Positions 33,674-47,872 of a DNA stretch of 64,000 nucleotides are shown here, piece by piece. How positions within the stretch are numbered: the stretch's first letter is position 1; each line of letters begins with the position of its first letter. The stretch comes from Chrysomallon squamiferum (lineage: Eukaryota > Animalia > Mollusca): contig CM022670.1 of the NCBI GenBank assembly GCA_012295275.1, positions 62,001 to 126,000 of the forward strand, given 5' to 3'. Both the position numbers and the translations under genes were made by a program. Under the pieces are notes generated by a model. That model saw nothing but the letters and a program-made list of their open reading frames with translations, had not been told where the DNA came from and ran no database searches.

Positions 33674-35451
33674 CTCATCCTTCTTTCATTTACCAATTTA
33701 TATAAATAATTAAATATGGCAGAATACAGTATAGAAAAATAATTATTATTAAAATAATAACAAAAGCAACATGTAAAAAAATGTTTTGCTGTTATGAGCT
33801 TTCCACTGAATTAAGGTGACTTGAGTTGTAATCATCACCAAGGCTTGCAGTTCTCAGTGCATGTAATTAATGGTTTTTATAATTATTCAGAGTTTTAAAT
33901 AGCAAGCTTTGCGTTCTCTCAGTTACATTTGTAGCTTCTGTTCAGAGACTCACAGGTTGAGAGTTTATGGCTTTAATTCTGTGGTTAATTTTAACCTAAA
34001 TATTTTAATAACAACAGTTTATAAAAACAGATATTCTCAACACAGATTTTGTATCACTTTTTCCACAGATCATTTATAATCTAATATTTATACAATCTGT
34101 GAGTAAAAACCAGAATCATTTTGTCATCAGACATCTTTACAGCTTTTGTATCTGTTGAAAAAACGTGTATCTTCTGAACTAATAAATAAACACAATGACA
34201 TCCGACATGCCAACCAGGCTGCGTGTGGCCGAGAAGTCATTTAAAAAAGCCTGCCAGCAAATTGTTCTGCTTAATCGATGCCTGAAAGAGATGACGGCAA
34301 GATATGACAAGGCCAGACAAGACAACTACAGAACATTTCGATATTCTCTGAGACTGCGTATGGCAGTGACACAGGGGGTGAGAAATATGTATTATGACTA
34401 TGCTACAATGAAAGCAGATGAAATTTCATGGCTGAGGACACAGATTCTGTTGGGAAACCGAAGAAGCCAGTTCGGCAACTATCCTGATATTGACGTAGGT
34501 GGCAGGGATGATAGAGAAAATGATGATGCTGACAACAGTGACAGAAGCAGTGGTACTAATGATGGTGATGATGATAGCAGTAGCAGTAATGATGAAAGCA
34601 GTGATGTTGATTATAATAGTAGTGATCAGGATAATGATAGTAGTGATAGCCATGATAACCATAATGATAGTGGTAGTCATGTTAATGATGATGATAGTGA
34701 CAGCCAGGATGATGAAGATAGTGACAATCACAATGATGATGATAATAGCGCCAGTCATGGTGATGATGAGGTGGATGATGACAGTGTCAGTATTAATGAT
34801 GGATTGTTGCCAGAAGTACCTCTTCATCTAAGAAGTTTTTTTTTAAAGAGACACTAATTTTTTTTATAAGTTTTGTTTGTGTTTAATTGTACATACACTT
34901 ATTTACCTACATTAGTTTCTGTAAGACTTTTCATTCCAAAGTTTATGTTTTGTCATTTCTTTTATAAAATATGTGGACAGAGCCAACAAATCTGGCTTTT
35001 GTTATTTTTTTCATTAATAATTAATTAGAAATTAATTTATTTTCTATTTATGGATATTGGTATGATGCATTCCTATACAGTTCATGTTATTATGTTCCAT
35101 AGTTCTTTGTAAAGTATGGAATAACTTGTCATCATGGTAACCAATCTCGTTTTGTGTAATTCATGTCTATTTATTGATAAATAAATAAATAGATGGATGA
35201 AACATTTTGAGTTTTAAATTATTTGGGTGTTTTTATTGAATTAAGGAATATTTGTTTTAGATAGATAGATAACATGGAATTTTCAAACTAGTGCTTTTTG
35301 CATGAAAATGAAATCTGAGGAAGCAAACTGCTATAATTTCATTACAGACAGCAAAATACTACACAGTGGTCTGAGAAAAAATAATACTCCTGGCATGACA
35401 AAGATGGTAAATCCTGGGGCATTTTATTTTTACTATTATTTTTTTTTTTTT

Positions 35452-35495
<44 letters not shown>

Positions 35496-37338
35496 GTATG
35501 TATGTATGTATGTAAATTTTATATTTTAGATCTTTCATATCACGTGCTATCTTGTTGACAGATAAATCCATTCTTCAAGAAGAAACATCAGAGGTATATT
35601 AGATTTCTGTCACATAGACATCAGCCAGACATACCAGGCATCAGAAAAGTTTGCTTAAACATATACAGCTGAACCATTTAATTAAATGAAAATACACATA
35701 CACACATACATACACACGCATTAAATCTGAAAAATAAGATCTTTCATGATGATATAACATGATATATGTTATATGACTTTGGCATATTATATATGTTAGA
35801 CATTACATAATTTTATGGTTTATTATTACATGGTACGTAACTTAAGAGTATATTATGTTATATAAAAGTATTGATTATTCCTTTTAGCTTTCTCTGCTTT
35901 ATTGGATACCAGATAATGATGATAACAACAAACAACCAATTTCAATACTGGAATTACCACCATCCTCTATGGTGTGTCCAAAAGACATGTGTATGTAATA
36001 TTCTATTTATTTAGATAACAGATTAAACATTATGATCAACTTATTTATCTTTATGGCAACAGTAAATTGAGAAATATGTTCTGATATTAATAAATCGCAG
36101 TTCTAGTTTTAAATTTATTATTATTTTCAAGTCATAAATTTTTAAAAGTATGGTTATCTCTGAATTAAATGTGATTTTTATATAATGGAGAAAAAAATAT
36201 TTTCGTAATTTTATTTATTTATTTACCTTTTATAAAATAAATAAAAATATATATCTGACCTCACTTTTCATATATTCATTCAGAATATTCGCTGTTTTGT
36301 TTGTTTGTTTCTTTCTTTCTTTATTTGTTTGTTTGTTTTTAGATGTTGTTCATATGACAAGACCAGGAGTGTGTGATGCAGAGAGAGATTTTGCCAGGAC
36401 AGTTAAAACTCTCTTTGATGAAGGAAAAGGTGACAGAGAGATTTATCTCTCAAAATTAATCACATATTTGAAACAAAATAATAATAAAATATAATTAACA
36501 AATTGTAGCCTCTTGTAAAGATATTAATCCCTTTCAGAAATGTTTTGTTAGCTTGGTTAATCATAGCATATTAGTTGTGTTATTTATGTAACAAAGTTTG
36601 TTTGGTTATAAATTACATGTTATTTTTTGTCAGATGAAGATAAACCAACAATACTGTGGTCTTTATACTTCACACAAGAAGACTTCTCAAATATGAAAAC
36701 AACAGAGAAGAAACCAGATAATGTGCACTTTATGCCTGGACCTGGTACAGAACTTGATATGGATTCAGCCGTGGAAGTAGTAAGTAATGTTTGATACAGT
36801 AAACTTTAATACAATACCTTGTAACCATATAAAAATATTAAAAACATTGTTTAGAAGCCACAGAATATTGAATTTCATTTCTGTTTTGTTTTCTTATTGA
36901 AGACAAGGAGAATATTTATAAAATGATAAAATCTGATTTTTATGGTGTGATAAAAATAATATATAAAGCTTTAAACTAGATTTTTTTTCTTTCATTATTA
37001 AATAGCACATCTTAACAGTTGGATCATTCTGTTTTCTTTTACAGGCTAGACAAGTATGGGAAACTGTTTGTCCGGAAGAAGAATTTTTGCCAAAACCACC
37101 AAACCCTGAAGACATCATCTATGTGGACAATGAAGAAACTAAAGTAGGTGAAGAAGGAACAGGTTGTCTTGAGGATGAATCTGATATGATTGATGAACAA
37201 AGTTCAGATAAATGCAACTCAAAAGAAAACAAAGATGATGTAAGTGAGGAATTTAAAAATAAATGCAGCACACAAACAGAGGAAGATAATTTGGATGCAG
37301 AAGATAAAGTGAAGCATAATGAAAATGAGAACAGTTAA
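27612..37338 (+). CDS. CHM: Rab escort protein (Rab geranylgeranyltransferase component A, CHM/REP family)
   Basis: 16 phase-consistent exons: 27612-27660, 28257-28323, 28616-28688, 28955-29076, 29896-30436, 30825-30941, 31550-31670, 32127-32242, 32430-32608, 33137-33181, 33387-33440, 35530-35593, 35888-35990, 36343-36429, 36634-36779, 37045-37338. Motifs: [76 protein letters not shown]; the long REP-specific acidic insert separates it from RabGDI. Confidence 0.95.
29123..29329 (-). mobile_element. Decayed tRNA-derived SINE-like repeat
   Basis: Minus strand starts GGGGTGGAGTTTAGTGGTAAAG (A-box-like) and ends in TTAAATAAAACATTTCC; resembles a gastropod SINE I recall, not verified. Confidence 0.45.
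34195..34857 (+). CDS. Intronless uncharacterised 220-aa protein nested in REP intron 11; basic helical N-domain plus Asp/Ser/Asn-rich tail
   Basis: ACA-ATG start with in-frame TAA at 34183; uninterrupted 663-nt ORF with exon-like GC content; complex first ~100 aa; AATAAA at about 35180. The flanking REP exons splice in frame without it. Confidence 0.8.
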   Translation: MTSDMPTRLRVAEKSFKKACQQIVLLNRCLKEMTARYDKARQDNYRTFRYSLRLRMAVTQGVRNMYYDYATMKADEISWLRTQILLGNRRSQFGNYPDIDVGGRDDRENDDADNSDRSSGTNDGDDDSSSSNDESSDVDYNSSDQDNDSSDSHDNHNDSGSHVNDDDSDSQDDEDSDNHNDDDNSASHGDDEVDDDSVSINDGLLPEVPLHLRSFFLKRH

Positions 37339-39157
37339 GTCTGTGAGATTTAATGGATATAGCATGATTTCTTAGTTTCCAAGGCAAGGATGATAACTCT
37401 AGTATCAAAGAAGAGAAGCAGATTATTTGACTGAGAAAATAGATAATACAGCTAGAACAGAAAATAGCCCACAGAAAATGAAACTGATTCTCAAACCTAT
37501 CACACTTCAGCCAATCAGCATAATTAGTGAACAAATATGAAAGATGTTTTAGTATACAAAAAAACAATTTAAGCATTCTTTATATATCCATTATATATTC
37601 ATTTACTGTGAAATGAGAATGAATGTTTTAAAATGATGCCTGCTTAAAGCATGCTATTTTAAAGTTTACCTAAACATAGTATTAGATGTCTTGTGCAATG
37701 GTGTAGCTTGACCTTTTCATATCTTGATGATGTTATTTATCATCATTCAAACTGAGATACACCATTCAGATTTTTATGAGATTAAATTTTATTATGTACT
37801 GAACCATCCAGAAATACACATAAAAAACTCCCCAGTAGTTTCAGTAAATAAAAGATAATGATAAAAAAAATATTTGAAATTTATGAACTGATAAAAAAAA
37901 AGGAAATTCTTGCAATATTCAGCAGCTATTAATAACTAGTAAACTATAATTGTTGAAATCAAGGACAACCTACTTGCTTTCTTTATTATTGTAAACTACT
38001 GGTCTTCATTTGACCGAGGAAATAAAGAATATCTATCTATTTACCTTTATATACTGGATTTATTTAATAAAGAAAATAATTGTTATTGGTAGATCCTATA
38101 GTAAAAAAAAAATAATTTCAGTTTAGTCTGTGCTTTGTTAGTTGAACATTAAATTCAACTATAAATGGAATTTAATCTTCTCTTATGTTTTTGTTTCAGT
38201 ACTAAATGCTTCATGAGATATTTTAAAAATTCATTTCACTGTGATCTTTTACATCTTGTTGGATGATTTTTCAGTGACAGTTTATTATGCATTTTGAAAT
38301 ATATAATCACGATTTTTATGACAAGTGTATTTCTTTATTCTTTTTTTTAGAGTAACCTTTGACTTTGTTAATAAATTTTGTATTTTCTTAATACAAATAT
38401 ATCTGCCACTGTAGAATTGCTGTAATTACCTAACACTGCTAACTTATGATGGAAAACAAATCTTGGATGTGAATATATTGAGTGCAATAAAGAATTTTGT
38501 AGCATGATTTTTCTTATTTTTGATAGCTCACAAAATCTGTTGATTCCTGTTACAAGGACTATCACAAACACAGTTACAGTATTTATCATAATACTAATAA
38601 GTAGCAAGGAATCAGCATATCTGAAATGGAAATATTTAGATTACAAGAGATGTGGAATTTTGTGCATTAATTTTACAAGTGTTTTTTTTTTTTGCTATTC
38701 TGTAAACAATATGACTTGAAATATCTGAACTCTGAACCATTTTTACATTCAGTGAATTAAAAAACAAATATATATTCATAAAATCAGTTCTGAAATGCTT
38801 CAATTCACAAAAAGGTTATCTTGATATTTATCACAAACAAAATGGAAACAAAATCCCACTATTTGGTAAAAGTTATTTTATTTTTATGAATGTATACATA
38901 TATTGCACCATTGGGGTAAACAATAAAATCCTCAAAATCTGCTACATTCATTCATTTTATCACAGTCTACTCTTCAGTGGCCTGACATACAATTTAACAG
39001 ACAATGAATGCGATATTCATGATTTGTAAACAGTAATGCTCAGACCCAATTTGTAATTAGCACAAATAAGCAAGATGGCCATCAGAAAACAAATAAAAGA
39101 CAAGAAAGTGAAAAATCCTGTGTCAGCCAGTGGATATTTATCTGATCTGGTGAACTG

Positions 39158-42100
39158 CTAAGTGTCAGGTGAACTGGTTTCTGTATTACTTCCTTCTTGT
39201 TGGTTCAAGAGATTCTTAATAAAAAATTCACCTGAAAAATAAAAGTAATTTGTTTAGTCTTATGATACTCATTCATATTTTCTATCAGTGCATACACTAA
39301 CTGAAAACAATAAGAATCTGAACTAAAATGGACAGTTTATGTTGTTGTTGTTTTTTTTGAGAAAAGTATTTTTAGTTTATAAAGTAGATTTTTTGTCAAA
39401 ATATATGATTAAAGATCAGAAATGTGAATTTGTTTTTTCTCAAAAATACTCAGCAGTCTGAAGATTAAACTAAAACAAAAAATAGTAGAACTGCTAAGAC
39501 AAGCCACCTATCAATAAAATCAAGAACGGAACTCCGTTTTCGCAAAATCCTTCAATGAACGGCTAATTTTCTTTCAGAAACTTTTGGCAAAAAACAGTGG
39601 TGATTGATTCCGGAATTTGGTGTTTCTTTGGGGTTTTTTTTTTTTCTCTTACATAATTCCACCAAAGTTACCGCCCACTGATTTTTAATGCTTCCACTTT
39701 TTAGAGGCATCACTTAGTTTGCAACAGTATTGAATTTAAATGTAGTGTTACCGGAATCCATTCATGTGGAAATGTTTAAAAAATGGGATTTTTCCAATGA
39801 GTTTTGGTTCAAAGAAGATGAAAACAAAAAATTATCAAAACTACAATGCAAAATTTGTATGAAAACATAACGGCAATAAGAAATGAAGCCAAGTTAAGAC
39901 GTATAATTGGCAAGTCGCTTGACAGATTACTTGCCTATGTCGATGGCGTCATAGGCTACATACACAAATCAAATGTGCAAAGGCATGTGAAAACAGGTAA
40001 CGTTCACGACTGGGCAAAAAAGATATCTTCACAAAACACTTCAGATATTCAAACAAATTCAGCTTCTGATAGTGTGAAAATAAATTGTAACATTACATAT
40101 TCTAATTCCATTGGAAAATTATTTGAAAAAACCAGTAAAGAACAATATAAGAATCATTGCTATACAGCATTGTGGTTGGTTATGCAGGAGAGACCTATGT
40201 CTGACTACCAGTCCCTGATTGCCTTACAGAAGAACAATGGGGTGCAGTTTATAAGTAGGGACTTTGTTCACTATATTGTCCACGCAATGAGAGATCATAT
40301 CAAACAGATGATACAGTGTGCTAACTTTATGTCAGTTGAACAAGATGGCACAGAAGCTCGCAAAACTAGAGACAAAAAAGAATTAATTTATGTGAAGATT
40401 GTAGTGAGGGGCCAGCCTGTTGAACTATTACTTAAATGTCAAAAAATGAGCAATTTTGGTGGAGTAACTGCAGACAGTATCAAACATGCTATAGATGATG
40501 CTTTCCATGATTATGACATTACTGATGAAAAGTACACAAAATATTTTATTTGTGCTTGTGCATATGGAGCAAATGTTAATGTTTGTAAACTGAATGGTGT
40601 TCTAACGCTAATGAAAATTGAAGGCAGGGAATGGTTGCCAAAAATTCATTGCTCTGCACACAGAATTGAATGGCTGTCAAAGATGCTTTTGCTGAAATTG
40701 GTGACTTTGCAATAGAGGATGACATGATGTTGAATCTGTTAACATTTTTCAAGAATAGTGGCAAGTGTTGGAGAATATTGCTACTTATTGCAGAGCTGTT
40801 AGGGGTTCTAGTCCAACATATACCAAAAGCTTCTGGTACACAATTTCAAATTCATAAATACAGGGCCATCAAATCTATGATCATAAACTTTCTGCCTCCA
40901 TGTTTATTTGCGGAAAATATAATACAGGCTTCAAACAGTTTGCAAACAGTTTGCAAAAGGCTATACTAAAGGGGTACCTCAACACATGGCTGAGTTATGG
41001 GTATCTGGCACCTATGCATCTCTACAGACTCACTCTGAAACAAACTGCCCATTTGTCATATGCTGCTCAGAATGCAACTCCGTTAGTCACAGATGTTTTG
41101 GACACAATAAAATCAACTTACTCTCAGCAAAGATGTTCATGAGGCAACCATTACAGCAGAGGCTACCAACCTTACAGCATGTGTAAGATTAAAACAAGAC
41201 AATCAGTTGAGTAACAAGCATAAACAACAAGCTGAAAAAGTTACTACAATAAAAGAAAAGTTTGTTCTGAACCATGTTCACCAGGGACAAAAGACTGTGA
41301 AACAGATAAGAACAAAACTGATCCCAGCAATTTCAACACAGCTGATTAAATGAATGGATTCTTTCAATCACCCTATCTTCAAGGCAATGAAAATAGCTGA
41401 TCACACTCAGTGGGATATATCTGATCCAAAATATGGCTTGGAACAAATTAAACTGTTATCTAAACATTTTGCTGAAAGCCTAGCTTACCACAACTTTGCC
41501 CTAGATATGGCTGTTGCTGAATGGAGGGGTTTAAAGAAACTTGTGGCAAACAAATTCATTCACTTCCAAAGTGAACAATGCATGTGGTGTCAAATATTCA
41601 GACATCATCACTCTGAATATCCACACATTTTTTTTATCATTGAAATCATCTTGGTGGTTGCACTTGCTAGTGCAAGTGTTGAGAGGGGCATAAGTGCTCT
41701 CAATCGGCAGCTGACAAATATCAGGTTGAACATGTCCACTTCTACATTGGATGATTTGCATGTGATTAGAGTTAACCTGCCTGCACTTATAAAATGTGAC
41801 CCTTCATATGAACAAAAACTTTCAGACAAAGCTGTTTCCCTGTATGATAAAAATAACCTGCAATGAACTAATGTGTGTAGAGGACTTTCTTGCTACTACA
41901 ACATCAGATTTAGAGGACTTGGATAATGCCCGAAGTGAAACAGTTGATACTTCAGACACTGATGACAGTGACAACTTACAGTGCTAACTGAAACAAGTTC
42001 ATCATTCACATTCTCATATCAGTATTGTTTGACGAGTTAAGTAAAACAATAAAAACAACACAAATTGTCATGATTTGTTTTATTGTATTGTTTAGTTATT

Positions 42101-45100
42101 AAATTCTTTACACTATACCTATACACAAAGTATTAATACAATGAGAACAGCGATATGGATAGATAACAAATATATTATACTGTTCACCGTGCATGCATGT
42201 AAGGGATTTCACAACAATAATAATGGGAATCGTAAACTTGGTAACTTTGTGGTAACCTATAGGTTACCAGGTCCTGTTATGTGGTAACCTCTAAATGGGT
42301 TACCAGACACAATCCTTATTTCGATGCCTGCTTTCACACATATTCAAATCTATCATTGTATTAGATGACAGATATATTTTCTTTTTTTCTTATGTTGTTT
42401 TTAAATTTTTGTTTGCAAGCAGTATGGTAGTAATAACAGAAAACGTATTTCCAAAGAATTTAAAGAATAAACTGTGTTACCTGCTTTGTATGAGGACCGG
42501 ACCAGGGGACCACTGGCTGTGTATTTAAAACCCATCTGATCACCAATCTCCTTCCAGTACTTAAACTTGTCAGGATGAACATATTCTTTCACCTGAAATA
42601 GAAACATAATTTATTGTAAAAAAAAAATAAAGTGTCAAATATTTCTGATGAAATGAACCCAATAATATAAACCAGATTCTTAAGTAAGTTGCTTAAATGA
42701 TGCACTGATGGTGTAGATATAATGTTAGCTGTCTTTTACCAAAAGAATTAGTGAAGTAGTTTTTAAAACAGATCATCTGAATAAGAATATGTAACATGTT
42801 TAATTTTTTTTTTTACCACAATTCATTTTTTTAACTTAAAAACTAATGGAAAGGAACGGATCAGTGAGATAGATCAAATACTTAAGATTTTTTTTCTTCA
42901 AGAACATTTCATTTAAATTTAAAAACAAAACTGACATTAAGCTGTTTAAATAAGAGACAGACAGATATACACGAACACAACCACACACTCATACAACCCA
43001 TATACTAGCACCTATTGAAATTAACAATAAATAAAACATAATTTTCATACTGTGAGATGCCTCTTGGTTGGCTGCATGTACTGGCCAAGAGTCAAACAGT
43101 CCACTCCATGTCTTCTCAGATCTGTAAAACAATTTAACACTGAGTTTTAAATATAAAGCATCTCAGAACATTTCTAAATTTGAATTTTATTTGTGAATTA
43201 ATTATTAACTCCAACATTTACCCTGCTTTTTATGTTTATAAATCAACATCTTTCTGTCATAACTATTATTCAAAATAAACATCTTTCTTTTTTTAATCCT
43301 ATTTTTCATTTTTAATTTGGTTTAAAAGTGAATTAAGTAAACAAATATCAAATAAAATCACAAATACAAAAAAATATTGACATCATTTTTACCGATTAAT
43401 GTTTCTATGACTTGCTGATCAGTTTCACCAAGCCCCAACATCAATGAAGTTTTAGTAATTAGATCTGGTTTTACTTTCTTAACATGTTCTAGCACAGACA
43501 GAGACTGGAAATAATTAGCTCTAGGATCTCGTACAAACCTGAAACATTTATAAAATACAGATTGTTCTTCACATTCTTTTTTAAAAGACAAACAAACAAG
43601 AAAAATATTTATTTGCAACTGCCTGTAAATGAAGATTCACTAATAAACAATACTTTATTGTTTGTCATACTTGGGAATATTTATTCAAGCAGCTATGAAT
43701 TAACAAAACACTACAAAGATTTTATTTTGAAAAATAAATGCTAATATTATAATACTAATAATAGTATAAAAATATTTGTGTCTGCAAAATAAAACTCACT
43801 TCTGCAGCTCTGCCACAGTTTCCACATTGTGAGCATAAACATCAAGACCAGAATTAACAACAGTTTCAACTGCTTTCAAATCACCACGGAAATCAGGTGT
43901 CAGACACTCAACCCGAATTTTTGGATTTCTGAAATAATATGACAAGAGGTTTGATCAGCATGTATTTACATTAACAGTTTTTGGAAAACAGATACATTTT
44001 TTGAGCAATAATATTCTTAGATTATTGCTTTTACTATTATTTTACAAGCAACTTATATCAGATAACAATAAGGGATTCATAGTTTTGCACATCCTCATGA
44101 ACAAAAAAGCTGCTTTTGATAGATGGGACAATGGATGTAATTCATCAATTAATGAAGATGAAGACTGATCAAATGACCTATTATTCCACAGTTCAACATC
44201 CTATCACATTACAAATATATACAAGAGAAGCACACATGTAAAAGTGTTAGTAATTTGAGTAACAAATTTTGCCATTTGTATTGATTTTTCTCATTGAAAT
44301 GAAAACACATGTAGGGAAAATATAATAATTATATAAATTTACAGTTTCAATAATTAAGAATTTGATTTGATTTAAAAATAACAGTCACTTTTCTGATACA
44401 GATTTTAATATAATATGCATGTTAATTAATGGGTAATAATTTTATGTGTAATCAATTTTCAACAGTAAGGAACTTTTTTGTTTCTAAATTTTAATATCTA
44501 AATAATAAAAATAAAATGTATTAAAAAAACAGATATTACTCACTGTTTCTTAATTTCTTGAACGGTTTCAGCAATATGAAATGCTCCCCCATCATGCAAA
44601 TCTGTATCAATTTATTAAATAAAATCAATTTAACTTCTTTAAATAAAACAATTAAATCATATTAAACTCAAATCAAATTATAATTTTCAACATAAAATGT
44701 CTGAAACATTATACATTATCTCACAGCATTGTACATTGTAATAATGGATAAAAATCAAATATTGTAAAATAAGGTTATGGTTTTACATCAGATGTTAAGA
44801 AAACCTACCATCTCTGTCTACAGATGTAAGGACAATGTAATCCAGGCCCCATGATGCAATTGCTTTTCCTGTGTTAAATGGCTCATTTGGATCGGGTGGG
44901 GGTGGGTATCTTGCTGTTTTAACTGAACAGAATCGGCAGCCTCTTGTACAGGTATCTCCTAAAACCTATACAAAAAATATATATATTATTTTAAAATTCA
45001 AGGTTTCCATCAACAAAATAATAATTAGACATTTCTGCCTTGTATTTTAAATTATAAGATTTAAAAAAAAAAAAATTAGAAGTTCCTGCCTTAAATCACT

Positions 45101-45686
45101 TATATGAATTCTAGGAAAATAGTTTTTTCTACCTATTTCTTTATTTCCATTTGTATATTCTAATCGCTACCACCTACTTAGTATGAATTTTGGAAAATAT
45201 TTTACCCTACACAAAAAGGTAACCATTAGAACAATAACACACATAAATACACACCTGTCAAACTACATGCAAACTGTTAAACTGACAAAACTGTAAAATG
45301 AAAACAATCTTCTGAAGATTTAGACACACAAAATATTACACATACACTGTTCTTTGAAATATACACAAAACACTTTTTACCATTATGGTTGCAGTAGCTG
45401 TTCCATGCTGGCCTCCACCCCAACATTCACCAATATTTGGACATTTAGCTTCTTCACAAACCTGTCAACAAAGGTACATGTTTTTATTTAAATGGATATG
45501 TTAAATCTGCATGCCATTAATTGAATGTCTATTTGTTACTATTTGTATATTTTATCGTTTAACATCTTAATGACTTTATTTTTAAAGTAGTACTGTTAAA
45601 ACTGTAACTAAAAAATTAATAAATCAAGTTAGATTTATATATGAAATGTTTAACAATCTAAGATTTTTGTATGAAATGTTTAACAA

Positions 45687-45724
<38 letters not shown>

Positions 45725-46795
45725 AAATGAGAGAAATAAGTTTTATAACCTTAAGCCAAATCTTTTTACATTTAGAGGAAACAGAAAATAAGATATTTTT
45801 AGATAACTAAAATTATCTGTAAACATAATATTAATTTTTAAACATACTGTGTTTAGTCTGAGGCCATGGAGTGATTCTTTAAGACGATTATAATTCTTTC
45901 CTATTGGAATATCAGTTTTTAGCCATTTTGGCAATCTCATTCTAAAAAGAAGACATAATAAAACTATTATTATAAAACATATCTAACTGATATTTCATTC
46001 CTCCTGTAAAGCTGTATAGTGACAGGTGCTGGAAATAACCATAAGGTAATTTGGTAAGTAAATCATTAATCTGCTTTATTGTTAGCAAATAAAAAATATA
46101 GGCTATCAAACCTTTCTCCTTTAGTTTTTTTAGTTCCATCCTCTCCTTCATACGGGTCAAGAGATACATTTCCTGATATAAAATCTTCGAGACTTGGTCC
46201 CTCTGAAAATCTTTTCTTCTGTTCATCCGTGTTGGTACTACATGATCTTAAAGCTAAACAATTAAACTTCCCTTTAATCTGTAATTATTAAAAAAAAAAA
46301 AAAAAAAAAATAATAACTAAATAAAATAAAATGAAATAAAGTCTGTTCATAAGCAGTAAATTATTGTTTCACGAAAAGAAATATACTTTTTAATTTTAAA
46401 AAGTGTTTCGGTTTTTATTAAAATCGCTCAATTTTCATGAAAGAACTGTCATAACTCATGCTGTAAATTAAAATATAATATCATAAATATGAATATATCG
46501 CTGCTATTTTGAACATATATACAGTGTTGTGGTAATACGATACTTTTTGTAAACTACTTTTCTTAAATACTCTAAATAAGTGATTAATGAAAACATAATA
46601 CGATCAAAACATTTGAGGTCAAATTTAAAAAAATATATAAATTGGAGTCTTTACAAAAAATTAATTTACAAGATATAATTGTGTTGAAATACACACTGTA
46701 AACCCCACCTCTGTATTCCGTACTTGATTGTATATGTATATGTTAGGATTTCGCCCAGAACATTTTTGAAGAACGTTTTTTAAAAGAGCAGACAT
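39158..46795 (-). CDS. LIAS: Mitochondrial lipoyl synthase (radical SAM)
   Basis: 11 exons, approximately 46709-46795, 46112-46278, 45848-45941, 45381-45461, 44809-44965, 44544-44601, 43800-43927, 43392-43538, 43051-43121, 42481-42592, 39158-39231. Motifs: [76 protein letters not shown]. Confidence 0.96.
39520..42330 (+). mobile_element. Decayed hAT DNA transposon (ZNF862-like transposase pseudogene) in the last LIAS intron
   Basis: Consecutive frameshifted ORFs 39846-40715, 40670-40969, 40900-41142, 41354-41866 with catalytic-region DGT..., IHCSAHRIE (CxxH) and dimerisation motif [22 protein letters not shown]; right end ...ATTTCGATGCCTG. No left TIR found; left boundary approximate. Confidence 0.85.
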
Positions 46796-46799
46796 GTTT

Positions 46800-47080
46800 A
46801 TTTCACTTGTTTATTCGAGCGCATTGCCTTAGTGATTACCAAGTAATAAATGAAGTAATAACTGTTCCGTTCATGCTTTGTGGTTTTATCATATAACAGT
46901 CATCATAGCACTGCCCACCTCACTTCCATTTTCTGTTGTTAAGTTTAAATGATGTGGAACAAACAAACTTGCGCTGTACTTAAAAGAGAAACCACCTTTC
47001 TTGAAAATGTATCCTTTAACAGTGTGATCCATACGTTTCGAACGGAATCTATATGCGAAAACTGATGCTGGTTGGGTAAG
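46800..47080. promoter_or_regulatory. Probable bidirectional promoter for LIAS and a + strand non-coding first exon (likely TRMT9B)
   Basis: CpG-enriched patch just upstream of the LIAS ATG; + strand donor TGG|GTAAGC at 47076. Confidence 0.4.
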
Positions 47081-47378
47081 CAAAGATTTATTTTTATGCG
47101 CTCATATTTTGATTTCTATCACGTTCTTTTATTTTTTTTTTTTTTTTTTTTTTTATACGTCTGCATAAAATTTTTAAGTTTTAGTATTTTTTAATTTTAG
47201 TACAATATTGTCGGCACATAAAGTTTTTATTATTTTAAATTTTTGTTTAGTTAATTCGCTGTTGTTAGCTTTTTCTTCAAATTAATGTAATAATACGAGA
47301 GGGAGATTACATCAAAATAATCGGAACATTTAGTGATTTACCGATAATCCTGACAAAAACAAATAAAATATATATATA

Positions 47379-47450
<72 letters not shown>

Positions 47451-47806
47451 ACAGAACAAATATCAATATTGCGTTAAAACCCATAGTTCAGGAGAGTCGT
47501 ATTCTTTGTGTTGTTGTCAGTGACAAAAGAAACAATAATAATAAATTTAAAAAATAAAATAAATATAATAATGAAAGTGTGTGTGTGTGTGTGTGTGTGC
47601 GCACATATATATATACCCAGAAAAAATATTAGCTTAGACTTAAGAAGTAATATGATTAATTAGCTATGGATTTCCTATCCTATATTATGCAGAAATAATA
47701 CAAGTAACAAAGTTTATAAGAGAACACTGAACAAATGTTAATATATTTGCTTGATGTTAAACTCCAAAATCAGAAATATGTTTAATTTTTAAATTTTACG
47801 TTTACA

Positions 47807-47872
<66 letters not shown>

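Noticed and set aside
34500-34800. Asp-rich tail as a secreted shell-matrix protein
   Set aside because: No signal peptide and a basic N-terminus, so secretion is unsupported.
34426-34831. Ile-rich antisense and Met-rich shifted-frame ORFs overlapping the nested gene
   Set aside because: By-products of the GAT/AGT/AAT triplet-rich acidic tail.
39846-41866. hAT ORF as a domesticated gene
   Set aside because: Multiple frameshifts and stops, plus a second decayed copy nearby.
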